From Rhizodiscina lignyota (taxonomy: Eukaryota), in NCBI GenBank assembly GCA_010015805.1, contig ML978126.1, forward strand, positions 1,302,001-1,366,000: a stretch of 64,000 nucleotides of DNA. The letters run 5' to 3'. The notes under the pieces were generated by a model. It saw only the letters and a program-made list of their open reading frames with translations. It was not told the origin of the DNA and made no database searches. The position numbers and the translations under genes were made by a program. Below, in pieces: positions 59,716 through 64,000 of the stretch (positions are counted from its first letter, which is position 1; each line of letters begins with the position of its first letter).

Positions 59716-62050
59716 TCACGAAATCTCCTCCTCTCTCTCCTCGATGATCTCCTCGACAATCTCCTCCACAACCTCCGCATCGTCTTCCGCCTCCTTCTCC
59801 TCATCCTTACCCATAAACCCATCGATGCTCCCAAACTCCTCGATGATCCTGCGCACCTGCTCCTCCCTCCACTCGAGCCAGCTCTCCAGCTTCTGGCGCC
59901 TCTCCTCAATGACCGCGCGGTTGCCGGCGTCGCGGCGCGACGCGTCCTGCTCGATGAAGATCTGCGAGTACTCACGCAAGTTCTTGCGCACCTTCTTCAT
60001 CTCTTCCTTCGATAGGAGGCTCGGGGGACGTGGGCGCCATAACAGCTGCTTGAAGCGCTCGATGGCCTCTTCGCGCAGCAGCGTGCCGCGGAAGTCGTAG
60101 ATGTGGTATCCGTTTTCGGCCTATTCGGTAGATCGAATCAGTATTGCATGCTTTACTAAAGAGGATATGAGAAGAAATTAAAGTGGATACTTACAGCGTG
60201 TCTGAACACGCTCGCCACGGTTGCGACATAGCGTCCCGTGGGATCCCACTCTACGTCAGTGACGCCGTAGTGCTCTGCTGTAGCCATAAGTTGTAGGTTT
60301 GCGGCGAAGTCCTTGTCCTTCTCGTCCTTGTCGCCCTCGAAATCCATGTCCCAGAAGTCGAGCTCGAAGCTCTGTTGGCTGTGAATAGTGGCAACGACAA
60401 CAAACCTGCCCTTCGGAGACCAATAGATTGCGTTCGAGTTCTTCTTGTCGATGGTGCGTATATGCTTGAAGTTGCCCACTGCAGTGCCTTTGCTCTTCTC
60501 CGGGCAGAAGAAGGAGACGGACGTCTTTGGAGGAACCGCAGCGTTGACGGGCATTTCACCTGCGGTGATGAGCACGAAGCGGTCACCTTTCGGTTCCCAT
60601 GCAAAGTTGATGACTGTATCCTTGAGCGAGTCCACGACTTCGACAGGTACGCCTTTCTCTTGCACGCGGAAAATCTCAAGATTCGTTGCCATGGACTTCT
60701 TGGACTTGGAGTGCCTGTCCACCTTGACGCACACGTACTTCGCATCCGATTGCCAGTGCAGCTTTGCGTCACTGACATTGAAGAGGTTCCGTGTGCGCAC
60801 AATCTCTTTCGACGGAATGGTCATGAGGCCGACGCGGGCAGGCGAGGAGCCGAGTTCGGGAGTCCAGAAGCAGAAGAGCTGCTCGTACTCCCTGATACTA
60901 TCGCGGTGTGGACTCGCGGGCGCCCATTCGAAGTCTTGGACACCCTCAATCTTGATGGAGGTCTTGTCAAGGAGATTCATTTTCGGGAGTTCGTAGACGG
61001 AGATGGATTGGCCGAATGTCATCCGGGCAACGTACTTGTCATCAGAAGACCACTTGAACGCAGGCCACTGAATCTTCTTCTTCACAGGATTGCCTTGCTC
61101 GTCCGTGGTCGGACCCGGTAGGTCGAGAGTGACGAAGGAGCGGAGAGGCTTGCCAGTCGCAAGGTCCCAGATGATGTAATTCTTGCCATCTTCTTCAGCT
61201 GAAAGGAACGGGTTGCCCTCCTCCACAGTGATGGGTCGATGTGACCAGGTAGTAAGGAAGTTCTCGTTCGGTGAGAAGTCGACGAGGTTCACACCAGGAT
61301 GGGCAAAGCGCTTTTGCCGACTCCACGACTCGCCACCCCAGAGTTGTACTCCTTGTGCGTGTATAGATGTGAGGAATGTTCCCAGTGGCGACCACTGGAC
61401 GAAAGCCTCCGTCCAATGCTGCCTGTCTATTATTTGTTCTGGTGGATCTTCTTTCTCGTTCCAGAAGACGCCGACGTGGTCACCTCGGAACATGACCATT
61501 TGGTCGCGCGCATCAATATCTTTTAGCCACCACCGCAAGTGCTCCTTCTGCTCAAACTTTACGACCGGTGGTGGGGTATATTCCTCGTTGACGCGCCCTT
61601 CGCGTCCGTATCGCTCGATATCGGAGACTTTGTTCACCGTCATAGTGTGCTTCTTGTCAATCGCAGAGCCATTCAGCTGCTTCACTGCGGCAGCTGCTTC
61701 CTTTGGTGACGAGAACTCCACGAATGCAAACCTATCCACTATTAGCATGAGGAGCTAATCCACTCCGTAAGGTCGGCCTACCCATCTGTCATGCCATTAT
61801 CATTCAGCGGCATCGTGATCCCCAGCTCCCCATCCCGAACCTTGCCCACAGCATTCAGTTTCTTCAAGATGAACTTTATAAGCTTCGGCCGGTTCTCGTC
61901 TGGCACGACTGGCAGGCCATCGAGGACCACAAAGGCATCGAAGGACTCCTCAAGTCGCACGTCATACTGCTCGTAAAGGTCGCTGAAGTCGATTTCTTCC
62001 TCGATATCGTTCTCCTCATCTGAGGGTAGGTTATCGTACGAGGGAGCCAT
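59716..62050 (-). CDS. PRT1: Translation initiation factor eIF3 subunit b; introns 61732-61781 and 60121-60194
   Basis: RRM ([15 protein letters not shown]), [33 protein letters not shown]. Confidence 0.97.
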
Positions 62051-62137
62051 TTTGCGTATCGTGTCGTTGGGTTTCCTGTTGTGTCGAATGTAATTTTGAG
62101 TGGTGGGGTCATTGAATATTTAAGTGCGAAGGAAAGA

Positions 62138-62189
62138 TCACGTGATATTCTCATGGGACGTGACGGGATTTCCGTTGAGGGTTAGGGTT
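62138..62189. promoter_or_regulatory. Cbf1-type E-box (TCACGTGA) and Tbf1/telobox-like AGGGTTAGGGTT upstream of eIF3b
   Basis: TCACGTGA 62138-62145; AGGGTTAGGGTT 62178-62189. Confidence 0.45.
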
Positions 62190-62763
62190 GAGAAACTTCA
62201 CCTTGCGCACCCAACGTGTTTCAGCCCACTCCTACCTCCTACATAGTCCACGCCTGCCTGTCCTTTGCGTCCACACTCAGAGGTAACTTGAATCGAGAGT
62301 CAATAGTTAGGTTTCACAGAAATCTCTCTTCTGCTTAGCCTACCTTATGCTTTGAAGCGGCATTGACTTCTGGCGCGAGCTCTTATTTATTCTCACTACA
62401 ATTTCTCATCATTTGCAAGTCGGCGTCAATTCGTGCAAGTTGGAGCGCTGGCTCTATCACATTGATCGTTGGGAATGAAATCTGAAAAACCTAAGTAGTC
62501 TTCTGAGTCTACTGATTCTAGCAAATTGGTTTGTCATATTGGCATCTCCATGCCCTTGTCATTCACAAGTCCTCAGTCTCAACAGACTACCGGACACACA
62601 TTAACCGTTGCTATTCATAGCTCCATCAGCCATAGCAGTGACACTGTAATTACATGCTTCATTAGTTAAACTATCCGTCCTTCGAAGGGGCCGATAGCAG
62701 GCCGGAAAGACTCACCCACAACTGTGGACCACATTGCGCAACAGTCTGGCTAATAGCTCACTC

Positions 62764-63054
62764 TTACAGGTGTTGCAGTTTCCCCGTTTTCTCAGAGCCT
62801 ATCGTTGAGCTCATCAACTCAACATCCATACCCTTCTCCCGAGCCATCTCTCTCGTCTTCCTCACCCTTCTCCTGTCTATCACGTGCATCATCACTATCC
62901 CCGGCATGCCAGGCACACAAAGAATCAATCCAACGATGTAGCCAATCTTTTGAGCTTTCGAAAGCTCTTTAAATATTAACGGCCGTTGCTGTGGTTTCTC
63001 GGGGCTGGCCTCTTTCGAATAAGCTGGAAGTTCGGCAATATCTGGATAGCACAT
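62764..63054 (-). CDS. Small hypothetical single-TM protein, 96 aa
   Basis: LPAY motif, hydrophobic IGYIVGLILCVPGMPGIVMM followed by basic RRRVRK. Confidence 0.5.
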   Translation of the reverse strand: MCYPDIAELPAYSKEASPEKPQQRPLIFKELSKAQKIGYIVGLILCVPGMPGIVMMHVIDRRRVRKTREMAREKGMDVELMSSTIGSEKTGKLQHL

Positions 63055-63393
63055 ATTGGGTGGTTTGTAGAGGGTTCTCGCTTTTTGGTATGTAGATGTT
63101 TGTGGTCTTGATGGGAGAATAATTCAATGTAGTATATTGATAGAACGAACTGGTGGAGATTTTCGAAGATTTACGAAGATTTACGAGTATGCTTGTGCTG
63201 GGGCGGGCTTCCGCTTAGTACAGTGCCCAACGGCCATCAGAAGCAAGAACCGGACTACGGCTCTATCCAATACGCATGCACTTTTTTCAAACCACACATT
63301 GTAGAACTTGGGACCAATGGCCGATATCCCTTTTCCACCCTTGTGTCTCCGGAAAGTATATCCCGTCCGAAACTCCGTCCGCTGCTCCCCCCA

Positions 63394-64000
63394 TCACAGC
63401 GGAATAGGAATGATCTGCATAGGCCAATGCCTCTCGCCCGATGTATCCTCTGCCGTATCGGGTCGGACGGGGCCTAAGAAGTGCTCATAGATGGCAGGGT
63501 GCAATGGCCCAGAGCGATCAGCCATCTTCCTGAGGTGCAGCACGGCGTGGGCAAGCCTTGGAAATCCAGGACGATCCTCCCCAACGCTGCATCGTGCGTA
63601 ATCCAAAGCTTTCTCCGCCCACTGCAGTGCCTCCCTGCGGTCTCTTAGTTTGAGACAGAAGCCCGTAGCGTTGCCGTATCTGTTCAGCTCGTAAGCATAT
63701 GTATGACATCAGTAGGCTGTTCTGCTCCAAGCCCGACAGTTCCATCGGGAAAGACTTCTCATGCTCATCGACTAATACAGACATGCGTTTCACCATATTT
63801 CTCTGAGTCAATCTCAACTCCAACTGGGGCAAATCGATAGTTACCTGCAGAAAAATTTACAGTATTTCTCTGCGGGACGAAGTTGAGAACAAGAGGCGCT
63901 ATATCTAAACAGCAGTACAACTTTACTGCTGAGACGTGCCGATTATCATCGAGAGGGAGGGAGGATAAACTTACGCGTAATGAAGTTTCGAGAACAAGCC
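63394..64000 (-). other. Possible 3' part of a gene entering from the right; intron 63845-63974; downstream frame unresolved
   Basis: GTAAGT donor and TTTTTCTGCAG acceptor followed by open frame VTIDLPQLELRL... Confidence 0.35.

Noticed and set aside
63158..63187. Short tandem 10-mer GATTTACGAA, about three copies
   Set aside because: Simple slippage repeat without spacers; not CRISPR-like.
1..64000. tRNA, rRNA, CRISPR arrays, transposase or retroelement ORFs
   Set aside because: None recognised by eye; tRNAscan-SE and Infernal would be needed to exclude small RNAs.

Overview
Eukaryotic, intron-containing DNA from a filamentous ascomycete (Pezizomycotina, possibly a Dothideomycete; inferred from gene content and ~50-nt GT-AG introns with CTRAY branch points). 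It holds about 28 genes. Housekeeping genes: PRO1, ATP23, Aurora kinase, TIP41, NOG1, ADA2, YPK1, YIP3, an ERJ5-like DnaJ and eIF3b. Other genes: an S53 protease, L-galactonate dehydratase, a CSC1/OSCA channel, an MFS-transcription factor-tartrate dehydrogenase mini-cluster, small secreted proteins and orphans. Main observations: (1) YIP3 ends at a U_UUU_UCC slippery site plus hairpin that opens a ~520-codon -1 frame, i.e. programmed -1 ribosomal frameshifting, which I recall being reported for Podospora YIP3; (2) a ~233-bp TIR-bounded MITE family with about 7 decayed intergenic copies; (3) a head-to-head pair of orphan ORFs sharing an identically spaced motif; (4) a ~200-bp exon+intron tandem duplication whose two copies carry complementary C-to-T stop codons (RIP-like); (5) an intronless GNAT of bacterial style. 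No rRNA, tRNA or CRISPR was seen. Exon boundaries were read by eye.
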